DNA from: an uncultured Methylomirabilota bacterium
GTDB lineage: Bacteria > Methylomirabilota > Methylomirabilia > Methylomirabilales > 2-02-FULL-66-22
Direction: 5' to 3'
Assembly (NCBI GenBank): GCA_963705305.1
Contig: OY970067.1
Location: forward strand, 5,248,001-5,312,000
DNA length: 64,000 nt
Positions 27,535 through 37,498 of this stretch are shown piece after piece; within the stretch, counting starts at the first letter, position 1, and each line of letters starts with the position of its first letter. The translations under genes were made by a program, and so were the position numbers. The notes under the pieces were generated by a model that had not been told where the DNA came from, ran no database searches, and saw only the letters and a list, made by a program, of their open reading frames with translations.

Positions 27535-29052
27535 TCAAGCCGCCGAGCCGGACTTGTCCGGCAGCGCCCATCCGGCAGAGCGCGCCACCGCCCGCCGCCA
27601 CCCAGCGTAGAGCTCCTCCCGCCGGTCTTTTTCCATCTCCGGCGCGAATCGGCGCTCGGCGGCCCAGTTGCGTGCGATCTCCTCCCGGTCCTTCCAGTAC
27701 CCCACGGCCAGGCCGGCCAGGTAGGCCGTCCCCAGCGCGGTGGTCTCCCGCACCACCGGCCGCACCACCGGCAGACCCAGGAGGTCCGCTTGCAGCTGCA
27801 TGAGGAGGCTGTTGGCCGTGGCGCCGCCGTCCACTCGGAGCTCCTGTACGCCGATCCCCGCATCGGCCACCGCGGCGGCCAGCACTTCGCGGGTCTGGTA
27901 GGCGATGGCCTCCAGGCCGGCCCGCACCAGGTGTCCGCGCGTCGTCCCCCGGGTGAGGCCGAGGATGGTGCCGCGCGCGTACATGTCCCAGTGCGGCGCC
28001 CCCAGGCCGACGAAGGCAGGGACGAAGTAGACGCCGCCGCTGTCGGGAACGGACGCGGCCACTGCCTCCGACTCCGCGGCGCTCCCGATCACCCCCAGAC
28101 CGTCCCGGAGCCACTGGATCACGGCCCCTGCCACAAAGATGCTTCCTTCCAGGGCATATTCTGGGTGGCCCCGGATCGGGGAGGCGGCGATGGTGGTGAT
28201 GAGCCCGGCCCGCGAGGCCGCGGGGCGATCCCCGGTATGCACCAGGAGGAAGCAGCCCGTCCCGTAGGTGTTCTTGGCCATCCCCGGATGGAAGCAGGCC
28301 TGCCCGAAGAGGGCGGCCTGCTGGTCCCCGGCGATCCCGGCGATCGGCACCTCCGCCCCCAGCAGATCCCCCGCCGTCCGCGCATAGATCGCGCTGGACG
28401 GCTGCACTTCGGGCAGCATGGCCGGGGGCACGCCCATGGCCGCGCACAGATCCGGGTCCCACGCCAGGCGGTGGATGTTGAAGAGCATGGTGCGGGAGGC
28501 ATTGCTATAGTCGGTCACCCAGGCCGCCCCCCCGCTCAGCTTCCACGTCAGCCAGGAATCCACGGTGCCGAAGCAGACCTCTCCCCGCTCCGCCCGCGCG
28601 CGGAGCCCCGGGACGTTCTCCAGGAGCCAGCAGATCTTGGTCCCGGAGAAGTAGGCGTCGATCACCAGGCCCGTGCGCTCGCGCACCCGGGGCTCCCAGC
28701 CGTCCGCCTTCAGGGCGTCGCACAGCGGCGCCGAGCGCCGGCACTGCCAGACGATGGCATGGTGCAGCGGCGCCCCGGTCGCTCGGTCCCAGACCACCGT
28801 GGTCTCCCGCTGGTTGGTGATGCCCAGTCCCGCAATTTGCGTCGGCGCGATTGCGGCTGCGGCGATGGCCTCGCGGGCCACGCCCAGCTGGCTGTCCCAG
28901 ATCTCCTGCGGATCATGCTCCACCCAGCCGGGCCGGGGGTAGATCTGGCGGAGCTCCCGCTGCGCGGCGGCCACGGGCCGCCCGGCGCGGTCGAACAGGA
29001 TGGCGCGCGAGCTGGTAGTGCCCTGGTCCAGGGCCAGGATGTACCTCTCCAT
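27535..29052 (-). CDS. glpK: Glycerol kinase
   Basis: [59 protein letters not shown]; start ATG 29052. Confidence 0.97.
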   Translation of the reverse strand: MERYILALDQGTTSSRAILFDRAGRPVAAAQRELRQIYPRPGWVEHDPQEIWDSQLGVAREAIAAAAIAPTQIAGLGITNQRETTVVWDRATGAPLHHAIVWQCRRSAPLCDALKADGWEPRVRERTGLVIDAYFSGTKICWLLENVPGLRARAERGEVCFGTVDSWLTWKLSGGAAWVTDYSNASRTMLFNIHRLAWDPDLCAAMGVPPAMLPEVQPSSAIYARTAGDLLGAEVPIAGIAGDQQAALFGQACFHPGMAKNTYGTGCFLLVHTGDRPAASRAGLITTIAASPIRGHPEYALEGSIFVAGAVIQWLRDGLGVIGSAAESEAVAASVPDSGGVYFVPAFVGLGAPHWDMYARGTILGLTRGTTRGHLVRAGLEAIAYQTREVLAAAVADAGIGVQELRVDGGATANSLLMQLQADLLGLPVVRPVVRETTALGTAYLAGLAVGYWKDREEIARNWAAERRFAPEMEKDRREELYAGWRRAVARSAGWALPDKSGSAA

Positions 29053-29092
29053 TAGTCTCCTCAGCGATCCGGCCGCCGGGCGGCCGGATCGC

Positions 29093-29989
29093 TCACTTCT
29101 CGGTCTCCACAAGGCCCCTCACGAACCAGCGCTGCATGAACAGGATCACCGCCACCGGCGGCACGAGCGCCATCACCGCCGCCGCCATCACGACGTTCCA
29201 CTCCGGCAGCTGGGTGCCGCTCTGCGGAATGAGCCCCTCGATGCCGATGACGACCGTCCGCATGTCCTGGGTGCTGGTGATCATCAGCGGCCACAGGTAC
29301 TCGTTCCAGCCGTAGATGAACAGGATCACGAAAAGCGCCGCGACGTTCGCCCAGGACAGCGGGATGAGGATGGACCAGAGGAAGCGCATGGGGCCGGCGC
29401 CGTCCAGCTGGGCGGCCTCGGCCAGCGAGTCCGGAACGGTCTGGTAGAACTGCCGAAACAGGAACGTCCCGGTAGCCGAGGCCATAAGGGGAATGGTGAG
29501 GCCGGCATAAGTGTTGATCCAGCCGAGGGTGCTGATCACCTCGTAGGTCGAGATGATCCGGACCGGAATCGGCAGCATCAGCGTGACAAAGATCATCCAG
29601 AAGACGAGCTGTTTCCCCCGGAAGTCGAAGTAGACGATGGCGAAGGCCGAAAGGAGCGAGATCACGATCTTCCCCACGGCCACGGCCAGGGCCATGATGG
29701 TGCTGTTCAGGAGCAGGCGGCCCATCCCGGCGCGCACCCAGGCCGCGGTGTAATTGGGAATCAGGGCGGTGGACGGCCACAGCCGCGGAGGGAGGCTGGT
29801 CACCTGGTCCAGGCTCTGGGTGCTGATCACCAGGGTGTAGTAGAGGGGGAACGCCACGACGATGACGGCCAGGACAAGAAGCGCGTAGATCGTCACGATC
29901 CCCCAGTCACGCGGCCGGCACGGCCGGGCGGTCGCCTCCACCGGAACTTCGAAATCCTTGGCTATCCTGAACGATCCGCCGCCAGTCAA
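29093..29989 (-). CDS. ugpE: sn-glycerol-3-phosphate ABC permease UgpE-like (module 1)
   Basis: [55 protein letters not shown]. Confidence 0.88.
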   Translation of the reverse strand: MTGGGSFRIAKDFEVPVEATARPCRPRDWGIVTIYALLVLAVIVVAFPLYYTLVISTQSLDQVTSLPPRLWPSTALIPNYTAAWVRAGMGRLLLNSTIMALAVAVGKIVISLLSAFAIVYFDFRGKQLVFWMIFVTLMLPIPVRIISTYEVISTLGWINTYAGLTIPLMASATGTFLFRQFYQTVPDSLAEAAQLDGAGPMRFLWSILIPLSWANVAALFVILFIYGWNEYLWPLMITSTQDMRTVVIGIEGLIPQSGTQLPEWNVVMAAAVMALVPPVAVILFMQRWFVRGLVETEK

Positions 29990-30867
29990 TAGAACACCCG
30001 CTTCTCGGTATAGCGGAACTGCAGCATGGTCAGCAGGATGACGACGGTCATCAACACCACGGATTGCGCCGAAGAGGACCCCAGGTTCAGCCCCACGAAG
30101 CCGTCCTGGTACACCTTGTACACCATGATGGTCGTGGCGGTGCCCGGCCCCCCTTGCGTCACGGCATCGATCAGGCCAAAGGTGTCGAAAAACGCAAAGG
30201 TCATGTTGAGCATCAGTAAGAAGAACGTGGTCGGCGACAGCAGCGGGAAGATGACGGAGAAAAACTGGCGGATGCGCCCGGCGCCGTCCACGCTGGCCGC
30301 CTCCACCACCGCCGTCGGGACTCCCTGCAGGCCGGCCAGGAAAAAGGCCAGGTTATATCCCAGCTGCTTCCAGATGGCGGCCAGGACGATCAGGACCATG
30401 GCCACCCAGCCCTTGAGCAGCCAGTTGAACTGATAGGCCGTCAGGAAGGAGAGGAGGTACGGCAGGATCCCGTAGCTCGGCTGGAAGATGAACAGCCAGA
30501 CGATCCCGGCAACGGCCGGCGCGATCCCGTAGGGCCATAGCAGCAGCGTCCGGTAGATCGCTAGGCCCCGGATCTTGGCATTGGCCAGCACGGCCAGGAA
30601 CAGCGACAGGCTCAGCCCGAGGACCGTGACCGCCCCGGCAAACACGAAGCTGACGATGATGCTTTGCAGGTAGGCACTGGAGACGAAGAGGTCCCGGAAG
30701 TTCTGAAGGCCGACGTAGATCGAGCGCCCGCCGAAAGGGGAGGAGAGGAAAAAGGACAGGCGCAGCGACTCGAGGGCGGGCCAGAAGAAGAAGAGAATGG
30801 TCACCACCACCTGCGGGAGGACCAGCAGGTATGGCAGCCAGGGGTTCTTGAACACCGTTCGCTTCAT
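29986..30867 (-). CDS. ugpA: sn-glycerol-3-phosphate ABC permease UgpA-like (module 1)
   Basis: LPYLLVLPQ, FFWPA, WKQLGYNLAFFLAGLQ, FFDTFG, SSSAQSV. Confidence 0.88.
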   Translation of the reverse strand: MKRTVFKNPWLPYLLVLPQVVVTILFFFWPALESLRLSFFLSSPFGGRSIYVGLQNFRDLFVSSAYLQSIIVSFVFAGAVTVLGLSLSLFLAVLANAKIRGLAIYRTLLLWPYGIAPAVAGIVWLFIFQPSYGILPYLLSFLTAYQFNWLLKGWVAMVLIVLAAIWKQLGYNLAFFLAGLQGVPTAVVEAASVDGAGRIRQFFSVIFPLLSPTTFFLLMLNMTFAFFDTFGLIDAVTQGGPGTATTIMVYKVYQDGFVGLNLGSSSAQSVVLMTVVILLTMLQFRYTEKRVFY

Positions 30868-30873
30868 GCGTCA

Positions 30874-30903
30874 CGGGGGAGGGCGTCGCGACGCCCTCCC
30901 CCG
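30874..30903. repeat. Perfect 30-bp palindrome between ugpB and ugpA
   Basis: cgggggagggcgtcgcgacgccctcccccg. Confidence 0.8.
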
Positions 30904-30930
30904 CTCCCGGTCGGCGACTGGGCGGCCGGC

Positions 30931-32253
30931 TTACTTGTACAGGGCCGCGAACTCCTTCAGGATCTCATCCCCCTTCTTCACCGCGTCGGTCAATCCCTGC
31001 TTGGCCGTCTTCTGGCCGTTCAGGATCAGCTCCATCTCGGCTTCGACCGCGTCGCGGATCGACACAAAATTACCCAGGCGGATGCCCTGGCTGTTGGGGG
31101 TCACTTTGCCGCTGGCGATCTGGTGGAAGGCCTGGAACTGATACGGCTTTTCTTTGAAGTAGCCGCTGGCCTCCAAGGCCTTGACGGCAGCGTTGCTGAT
31201 GGGCAGGTAGCCGGTGTTCTTGTGCCACCACATCTGGTTCTCCGTCTCGGCCAGGAACCGGAAGAACTGGGCCACCCCCGCGTATTCGGCCGGCTTGGCC
31301 TTCATCACCCAGAGGGTCGCCCCCCCGATGATGCTATCCCCTTGCGGGTATCCTTTGAAGCGCGGGAGGTCGCCCGTCCCCCACTGGAACTTTCCGGTGG
31401 ACGCTTGGACCAGCCCGCCAATGAATCCCGATGAGGTGCTGAAGATGCCGCACTCTCCACCGGCGAACATCGCTTCTGCCTTCGGCCCGCGGCCCCCGTA
31501 GGTGTAGATGCCTTCCTTCTGCCATCGGGCCAGCGTGGTCATGGTCTCGACGCCCACCTTGTCGTTGATCAGAAGCTTCGTGGCCAGGTCCTTGAATCCG
31601 TTGTCATTGTTCGCGATGGGCTGGTCGTGCCAGGCGTGCATATTCTCGATCATGAGCCAGGATGGCCAGGCGTTGCTGAAGCCGCATTTGGTCGCGCCGG
31701 ATGACACCAGTTGCTTGGCATCCTTCCCGATTTCGTCGAAGGTCGTCGGGGGCTTGTCGGCAAGGCCCGCCTTCTTGAATAGGCCCTTGTTGTAATAGAG
31801 GATCGGCGTGGAGGAATTGAACGGCATCGAGTAGAGGTGGCCGTCCTTGGAATAGTAGGATCGAACGGGCCCCAGGAAGTCATCCCAGTTGACGGCGATC
31901 CCCTGCTCCTGCATCAGCTGGTACACAGGGTAGATGGCGTTGGAGGAGAGCATCGTCTGGGTGCCGACCTCGAACACCTGAACGATGTCCGGCGGCGTCT
32001 TGGCTCGATACGCCGCGATGGCCGCCGTCAGGGTTTCCGGATAGGAACCTTTGCGCAGTGGAACGACCACGTAGTCCTTTTGGCTGTCGTTGAACTTCTT
32101 GACCAGATCGTTGACCCGCTCTTCCAGGGTCCCCGTCATGGCGTGCCAGAAGGTGACCTCGGTCGCCGCCAACGCACCGGAGACCCAACCCAGGAACACC
32201 AGCAGCCCAACGACAAGACCGACGAGCCGCTTGAACCGGACCCGTCTGCACAT
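30931..32253 (-). CDS. ugpB: sn-glycerol-3-phosphate-binding periplasmic protein UgpB-like (module 1)
   Basis: FWHAM, KGSYPETL, QVFEVGTQTM, SMPFNSSTPILYYNK, SIIGGATLWV, GIRLGNF; start ATG 32253. Confidence 0.9.
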   Translation of the reverse strand: MCRRVRFKRLVGLVVGLLVFLGWVSGALAATEVTFWHAMTGTLEERVNDLVKKFNDSQKDYVVVPLRKGSYPETLTAAIAAYRAKTPPDIVQVFEVGTQTMLSSNAIYPVYQLMQEQGIAVNWDDFLGPVRSYYSKDGHLYSMPFNSSTPILYYNKGLFKKAGLADKPPTTFDEIGKDAKQLVSSGATKCGFSNAWPSWLMIENMHAWHDQPIANNDNGFKDLATKLLINDKVGVETMTTLARWQKEGIYTYGGRGPKAEAMFAGGECGIFSTSSGFIGGLVQASTGKFQWGTGDLPRFKGYPQGDSIIGGATLWVMKAKPAEYAGVAQFFRFLAETENQMWWHKNTGYLPISNAAVKALEASGYFKEKPYQFQAFHQIASGKVTPNSQGIRLGNFVSIRDAVEAEMELILNGQKTAKQGLTDAVKKGDEILKEFAALYK

Positions 32254-32341
32254 GCCCGCCTCCTCCTCCCTGCCGGGAGTTACCGCCCAAGACACCTTTA
32301 GATTCTCGTGCAAACCTCACCCGTCCGAGAAAAACAGCCGG

Positions 32342-32369
32342 CTTGGTGCCTTGGCGGTGAGGTATTTTC
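32342..32369. repeat. Second copy of the REP-like arm
   Basis: cttggtgccttggcggtgaggtattttc, 26/28 identical to 27498-27525. Confidence 0.65.
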
Positions 32370-32399
32370 CCGTCCGTTCTCCGGCGCTGGCTCGGCGGC

Positions 32400-33293
32400 T
32401 CAGCGCGCACCCGACCGCAGCCAGCGCAGCGCCCGGTCGGGAAAATCTGAGATGATCGCGTCGCCCAGCAGGGAGCCGACCCCCGCTTCCAGAAGACGCT
32501 GCATCTCCGGCGGGTCGTTCACGGTCCAGGTCACCACCGGTATTCCCGCCCCGTGCAGCGTCCCCACCAGCTCGCCCGTGACCAGGCGGTAGTCCGGGGC
32601 ATAGTAGTCGGCCCGGAGCGCTCGCACCAGCGCCACGGGATCCGACGGAACCTCCCGACTGCCGACCAGGAGCCCGGTCGGGATGCGGGGCTCCAGGCGC
32701 TTCATCTTGGCAGGGGAGGGATGGTAAAAGGACTGGATGGATACCCGCCCGAGGAACTCAGTCTGGCGCAGGATGGCGAGGATGCGCTCCTCCAGATCCG
32801 CCGGCTCCCCCTGGTGTCCCTTGGCGAACTTGATCTCGAGGGCGAGCCGGACGCGGGGGTCCCCGCTGGCCTTGACCAGCTGGATAACCTCCAGGAGCGT
32901 GGGGATGCGCTCCCCCCGGAAGGCCGGAGCGAATTTGGCTCCGGCATCCAGCCGCTCGATCTCGGCGAGGGTGAGGTCGCCCACCCGCCCGTGACCATCG
33001 GTCGTGCGATCCACCGTGTCGTCATGGATGACGACGACGGCCCCGTCGCGCGTAGCCTGGAGGTCCATCTCCATGCCGTCCGCGCCGAGTTGGATGGCTT
33101 TCCGGAAGGCAGCCAGCGTGTTCTCGGGGGCCAACCCCGCGGCCCCCCGGTGACCCTGGATCAGGAGCCCGGGCGGAATCTGCCTGGTCGTCTCAGCTGC
33201 CATGGCTCCCCCTCGGACACCGGCCCATCCCCAGACTCCGTACAGGATGCCGAGGCCGGCAAGCATCCACCCTCCCACGGGATATCGCCGCAC
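32400..33293 (-). CDS. Glycerophosphodiester phosphodiesterase (GlpQ/UgpQ family)
   Basis: GHRGAAGLAPENTLAAF, EMDLQATRDG..VVIHD, WTVND, IISDFPD; hydrophobic N-terminus. Confidence 0.92.
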   Translation of the reverse strand: MRRYPVGGWMLAGLGILYGVWGWAGVRGGAMAAETTRQIPPGLLIQGHRGAAGLAPENTLAAFRKAIQLGADGMEMDLQATRDGAVVVIHDDTVDRTTDGHGRVGDLTLAEIERLDAGAKFAPAFRGERIPTLLEVIQLVKASGDPRVRLALEIKFAKGHQGEPADLEERILAILRQTEFLGRVSIQSFYHPSPAKMKRLEPRIPTGLLVGSREVPSDPVALVRALRADYYAPDYRLVTGELVGTLHGAGIPVVTWTVNDPPEMQRLLEAGVGSLLGDAIISDFPDRALRWLRSGAR

Positions 33294-33426
33294 GCCGGGG
33301 ACTATAGCACAAGCCCCCGGACGCCACCCTCGAAAACCCCATGGGTCGGCCCCGAAGTCATTCCCATCCGGATGTCACAGGTGGATGACCGCCGCATGAC
33401 TTCCGCGTGACGATTCCGCCCGCCCC

Positions 33427-35064
33427 TCAGCTGGTCCGGAATTGCTGCCCCAGGGCAATCTCCGCCAGGTACGCCTCGATCTCCTGCTGGGTGCGCTCCG
33501 GGCTCCACCCCCGGATCTCCCCCATCCAGCGGGCGATCGCCTCGCAGCAATCCCGGCCCTGGCAGCGGCTTGTCCCGATCCCGATGCGGCGCAGCAAGAA
33601 ATCCCGCAGTGTCTCGGCCCGCTCGTGCTCCAAGGCGTAGAGGAGCTGGGCGCGGATCTCCGGGTTGTGCCGGCAGAGGCGCTCCTTCAGCTCCGGCGAT
33701 TTCCCCGCCAGGGCCAGCACGCTCGGGTACCGACGTCCGTAGGTGGCGATCAGGGCCTGGATCTGCGTGGGCTCCAACCCGCTGCGGCGGGCCAGGTCCG
33801 AGACGTCCGCCCACAGGCGGACCTCGATGGTCTCCTCCCCATCCGAGCCGTCCAGGGCCAGGCGGTGGGTTCGGCACGAAACCGGATGCCCGAGGAGCCG
33901 GCCGACCCGGTCCACCGCCTCCTCCGCCAGGCTGCGGTAGCAGGTCAGCTTGGTTCCGGTGATGGTGAGGAAGCTGCCGCCCTCCCCCTCCGGAACCACC
34001 GTGTGCTGGCGGGAGACGGCGGAGGCCGACTTGCCCTCCTGGAAGGTCAGGGGGCGGACACCGGCATACGTGTAGGCGATATCCTGCTCCTGGACGCCGG
34101 CCCCCGGCAGGGCCCGCTGCGCCTCCTGCAGCAGGTACGCCACCTCCTCCCGGGTGGCGGCCAGCCGGTCCAGGTCGCCGTCGAAATCTGTATCCGTCGT
34201 CCCCACCAGCGAGAGGTCGCGCCAGGGAATCACGAAGAACATCCGGTCGTCCTGCTGGGCCGCGACGTACACGGCGTGATCCGTGATGCGCGGCAGCAGC
34301 AGGTGGACCCCCTTGGTGGTCCGGAGACAGCGCCGCCCCCCGTCCACGCCGGCCAGCCGCCGCACCTGATCGGCCCAGGGACCCGTCGCATTGACCACGA
34401 CCCGGGCCGTCACCCGCGCCAAGGCGCCGGTCAGCGTGCCCCGCACCTCGATCGTCCAGGCCGGGCCCGCCCCCGCGGCGGATGCCGGCGTGATCGCCGT
34501 CACCTCGGCGGCGTTGAACACCACCGCCCCCCACCGCTGGGCGGACAGGACATTCTCCAGGCACAGCCGCTCCGGCGAGAGCAGGAGATCGTCGAAGTAA
34601 TAGCCGGCGCCGAGCAGGTCCCGCGGCTCCAGGTGCTGCTCGAGCTGCAGGGCCTCGTTCCGGGAGATCGTCCGGTAGTGCTCGGTGCGCTTGCCGGGCG
34701 TGAGCAGGTCATACAGCTTCATGCCCATCCGGATCATGATCATGCCCCGCTTGGCCCCCCGGTAGACCGGGATGACGAAGGGCAGCGGGCGCACCAAGTG
34801 CGTGGCCAGCCGCTGGAGGCGCTCGCGCTCTCTGAGCGATTCCCGCACCAGGCCGAAATCGTACAGCTCCAGATAGCGAAGCCCTCCATGCACCAGCTTG
34901 GAGGAGCGGCTGGTCGTCCCGTAGGCAAAATCCGTCCGTTCCAGGAGCAGCGTCCGGTATCCGCGCAGGGCGGCGTCCCTGGCGATGCCGGCTCCGGCCA
35001 TGCCGCCGCCGATGACCGCCAGGTCGAATGGGCGCCCGTGAATCTGTTCCAAGCCGTTCAGCAT
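33427..35064 (-). CDS. glpD: FAD-dependent glycerol-3-phosphate dehydrogenase/oxidase
   Basis: IGGGMAGAGIARDAALRG, GTTSRSSKLVHGGLRYLE, NATGPW, GTTDT, YAGVRPL; start ATG 35064. Confidence 0.93.
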   Translation of the reverse strand: MLNGLEQIHGRPFDLAVIGGGMAGAGIARDAALRGYRTLLLERTDFAYGTTSRSSKLVHGGLRYLELYDFGLVRESLRERERLQRLATHLVRPLPFVIPVYRGAKRGMIMIRMGMKLYDLLTPGKRTEHYRTISRNEALQLEQHLEPRDLLGAGYYFDDLLLSPERLCLENVLSAQRWGAVVFNAAEVTAITPASAAGAGPAWTIEVRGTLTGALARVTARVVVNATGPWADQVRRLAGVDGGRRCLRTTKGVHLLLPRITDHAVYVAAQQDDRMFFVIPWRDLSLVGTTDTDFDGDLDRLAATREEVAYLLQEAQRALPGAGVQEQDIAYTYAGVRPLTFQEGKSASAVSRQHTVVPEGEGGSFLTITGTKLTCYRSLAEEAVDRVGRLLGHPVSCRTHRLALDGSDGEETIEVRLWADVSDLARRSGLEPTQIQALIATYGRRYPSVLALAGKSPELKERLCRHNPEIRAQLLYALEHERAETLRDFLLRRIGIGTSRCQGRDCCEAIARWMGEIRGWSPERTQQEIEAYLAEIALGQQFRTS

Positions 35065-35072
35065 TCGCCGAC

Positions 35073-35666
35073 CTATGCCCCGGGCCGCCGCAGGCTCCAC
35101 AGGCTGCGCTCCCCCGTCGAGACCGCGACCGCGCCGGCGGCGAGTATCTCCTCCACTTGGCGGGGGGTCCGGATGAGCCCGCCGGCGATCACCGGCGGCA
35201 AGCCCGCGGCCTTCAAACGGGAGGCAACCAAGGGCAGGATCACCCCCGGCAGGACTTCCACCGCGTCGGGGGCGGCCCGCGCCACGGAGGGCAGACCTGT
35301 TTCCAGCGATTCCGAATCCAGCACGAAGAGGCGTTGGATGGCGATCAGCCCTTCCCGCCTGGCGGGCCCGATCAGGTTCGCCCGCGTCGTCAGGATGCCA
35401 TCCACGTGGAGGCCCTGGGCCAGGAAGCGGACACCGGCCTCGTCCCGCCCGACGCCTTTGATCAGATCCACATGGGCCAGCAGCAGCCGGCCCTCGGCGT
35501 GAGCCCTGGCCGCGCTCTCCTGGAGGGCAAAGATATCCTCTCCCAGGATGAAGAGGACGCCCACCCCGCCCTGGATGGCCGCCCCCACATCCGCCGAGCG
35601 GCGCAGCCCGGCCACCACCGGCCGGGCCTTGAGGGCCTCGAAGAAACGCGTGCGGCTGTCGGCCAT
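35073..35666 (-). CDS. glpP: Glycerol-3-phosphate-responsive antiterminator
   Basis: HVDLIKG, DGILTT, IQRLFVLDS, PDAVEVLPG, VIAGGLI, AGAVAVST. Confidence 0.93.
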   Translation of the reverse strand: MADSRTRFFEALKARPVVAGLRRSADVGAAIQGGVGVLFILGEDIFALQESAARAHAEGRLLLAHVDLIKGVGRDEAGVRFLAQGLHVDGILTTRANLIGPARREGLIAIQRLFVLDSESLETGLPSVARAAPDAVEVLPGVILPLVASRLKAAGLPPVIAGGLIRTPRQVEEILAAGAVAVSTGERSLWSLRRPGA

Positions 35667-35683
35667 GCTCTTTCTCCGTAAAC

Positions 35684-35734
35684 AAAAAGTCCTAACAAAA
35701 GACGATCACTCGGATCGCCCCTCGTTAGGACTTT
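35684..35734 (-). terminator. Intrinsic terminator/attenuator in the glpP leader
   Basis: Minus strand AAAGTCCTAAC...GTTAGGACTTT stem followed by TTGTTT, immediately before the glpP RBS. Confidence 0.8.
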
Positions 35735-35794
35735 CTCAGTCTCTCCGCCCCGGCGAGGATCCCGATCTATCCTGCCCTTCCCGGATCGGGTCGT

Positions 35795-35823
35795 ACTCTA
35801 TGCCGACCCTCCCGGCATGTCAA
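35795..35823 (-). promoter_or_regulatory. Sigma70-type promoter of the glp operon
   Basis: TTGACA-N17-TAGAGT. Confidence 0.7.
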
Positions 35824-36104
35824 AGAAAAAAGGGGCCGGAGAGCACGTGGGGTAGCCTCTCCCGCCCCCTCTGCCGGGTTGGGGAGGAAAAATTCACTGG
35901 GCAACCACATTTCGCTTGACACCGCTGATTCGGAGGGGATATGTGAGACGATGCTCCAGGTCTGACCGTCACGCCGCAGAGGGGGTCCCCGCGCGAACCC
36001 GGTGACGGCAGGTGCACTGCTCGGCTCAAGAGCATCTCCCTGATTTGAAGCGGCTGTTCAAGAGGATCGGCGCAACGGGAAACCAAGGGGAGAGGGAGGA
36101 GCTT

Positions 36105-37367
36105 ATGCCAATGCAGACCTTCTCAGGGAAAATCCATCGCCGCACGTTCCTCAAGGGTGCCGCAGCGGCCGGCGTCTTGCAAGTCACGTCTCCGTTCGTC
36201 ATCAGCGCGCGCGGCGAGACCCCGCTCCGCATCGGCATGATCGATCCGCTCACCGGGGCCTATGCGGCACCCGCCCAGAACGAGGTGACCGGCGCCAAGC
36301 TCGCCGTCGCGCAGATCAACGCCAAGGGTGGAATTCTCGGCCGCCCGGTCGAACTGCTTGTCGAGGATTCGGCGAACGACTCCGGCACCGGCGTCCAGAA
36401 GGCGCACAAGCTGATCGACCGCGATCAGGTGATGTTTCTCATCGGGGATGTGAACTCGGCGGTCGCCCTGGCGCTCGCCCAGGTCACCAGCCAGAAGAAG
36501 ATGCTGCACATTATCCCGGGCGGCCATACCGACCCGATCACCGGGACGGACTGTCACTGGAACGTGTATCGCGTGTGCAACTCCACGCGGACGGTGGCCA
36601 ACGCGGTCGCGAACCGGCTGTACAAGAAATACGGCAAGAGGTGGCACTTCATCACGCCGGACTACGCCTTCGGCCACACGCTGCAGCAGGGCTTCGCGAT
36701 CAACCTCAAGAATTTCGGCGGCACCGCCACCGGGAACGAGCTCGCCCCACTCGGGACCACCGACTTCTCCGCCTATCTGATCAAGGCGCGCGCCGCCAAG
36801 CCCAACGTCATCCTCGTGCTGGTCCAAGGCCAGGACATGGTCAATTGCATGAAGCAGATCGTCCAGTTCGGCATCAACAAGCAGATTCCGATTTCCGGGG
36901 GCTATACCGAGCTCGAGGATGTGGAGGCGGAGCCGCCCGAGGCGCGATTCGGGAACTGGATGCTCGAGTGGTACTGGCAGCAGCCCGGGGTTCCGCACGT
37001 CAAGGAGTTCGTGGCCGAGATCCGCAAGGTGAACGGCGGCAAGGTGCCCACCGCGCGCCACTGGTTTGGGTACGCGGCGGCCTCCACCATCGGGTTGATC
37101 GCCAACCAGGAGAAGAGTATCGACTCCCTCAAGCTCGCCCGGGCGCTGGGCGGCTTCGAGTTGCCGCCAGAGGTGAAGCTTCAGCCCAACAAGGTGTACT
37201 ACCGCGCAGGCGACCACCAGCTCATCATCTCGGCCTTCCTCGGGGAGGTGGTGGCGAAGGGCAAGGACGACCCCGGGGATCTGTTCCACGTGGACGACGT
37301 GGTGGCCGGCGACAAGACGGCACTGCCAGTGACCGAGACTGGCTGCAAGCTCCAGTGGCCGGCCTAG
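36105..37367 (+). CDS. Branched-chain-amino-acid-type ABC substrate-binding protein (Tat signal)
   Basis: HRRTFLKG twin-arginine; IDPLTG, INAKGGILGRPVELLVED, PLGTTDFSAYL; GGAGGA RBS. Confidence 0.9.
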   Translation: MPMQTFSGKIHRRTFLKGAAAAGVLQVTSPFVISARGETPLRIGMIDPLTGAYAAPAQNEVTGAKLAVAQINAKGGILGRPVELLVEDSANDSGTGVQKAHKLIDRDQVMFLIGDVNSAVALALAQVTSQKKMLHIIPGGHTDPITGTDCHWNVYRVCNSTRTVANAVANRLYKKYGKRWHFITPDYAFGHTLQQGFAINLKNFGGTATGNELAPLGTTDFSAYLIKARAAKPNVILVLVQGQDMVNCMKQIVQFGINKQIPISGGYTELEDVEAEPPEARFGNWMLEWYWQQPGVPHVKEFVAEIRKVNGGKVPTARHWFGYAAASTIGLIANQEKSIDSLKLARALGGFELPPEVKLQPNKVYYRAGDHQLIISAFLGEVVAKGKDDPGDLFHVDDVVAGDKTALPVTETGCKLQWPA

Positions 37368-37385
37368 CGCGCATGCGTGACTGAC

Positions 37386-37424
37386 CACCACGAGCACGCG
37401 GCCCCCGGTCGCGTGCTCGTGGTG
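37386..37424 (+). repeat. 15-bp perfect stem-loop after the binding-protein gene
   Basis: caccacgagcacgcg-N9-cgcgtgctcgtggtg. Confidence 0.75.
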
Positions 37425-37498
37425 TTGTCGGGAAGCCCTTCGGCGGCGATCGGTGGGACGGCGCAGACCGTGCGCCCGGAACACACAGGCTCTGCCCC

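Noticed and set aside
33427..35685. 752-aa ORF suggesting an N-terminally extended GlpD
   Set aside because: The extension overlaps glpP in another frame; GlpD homology starts at 35064.
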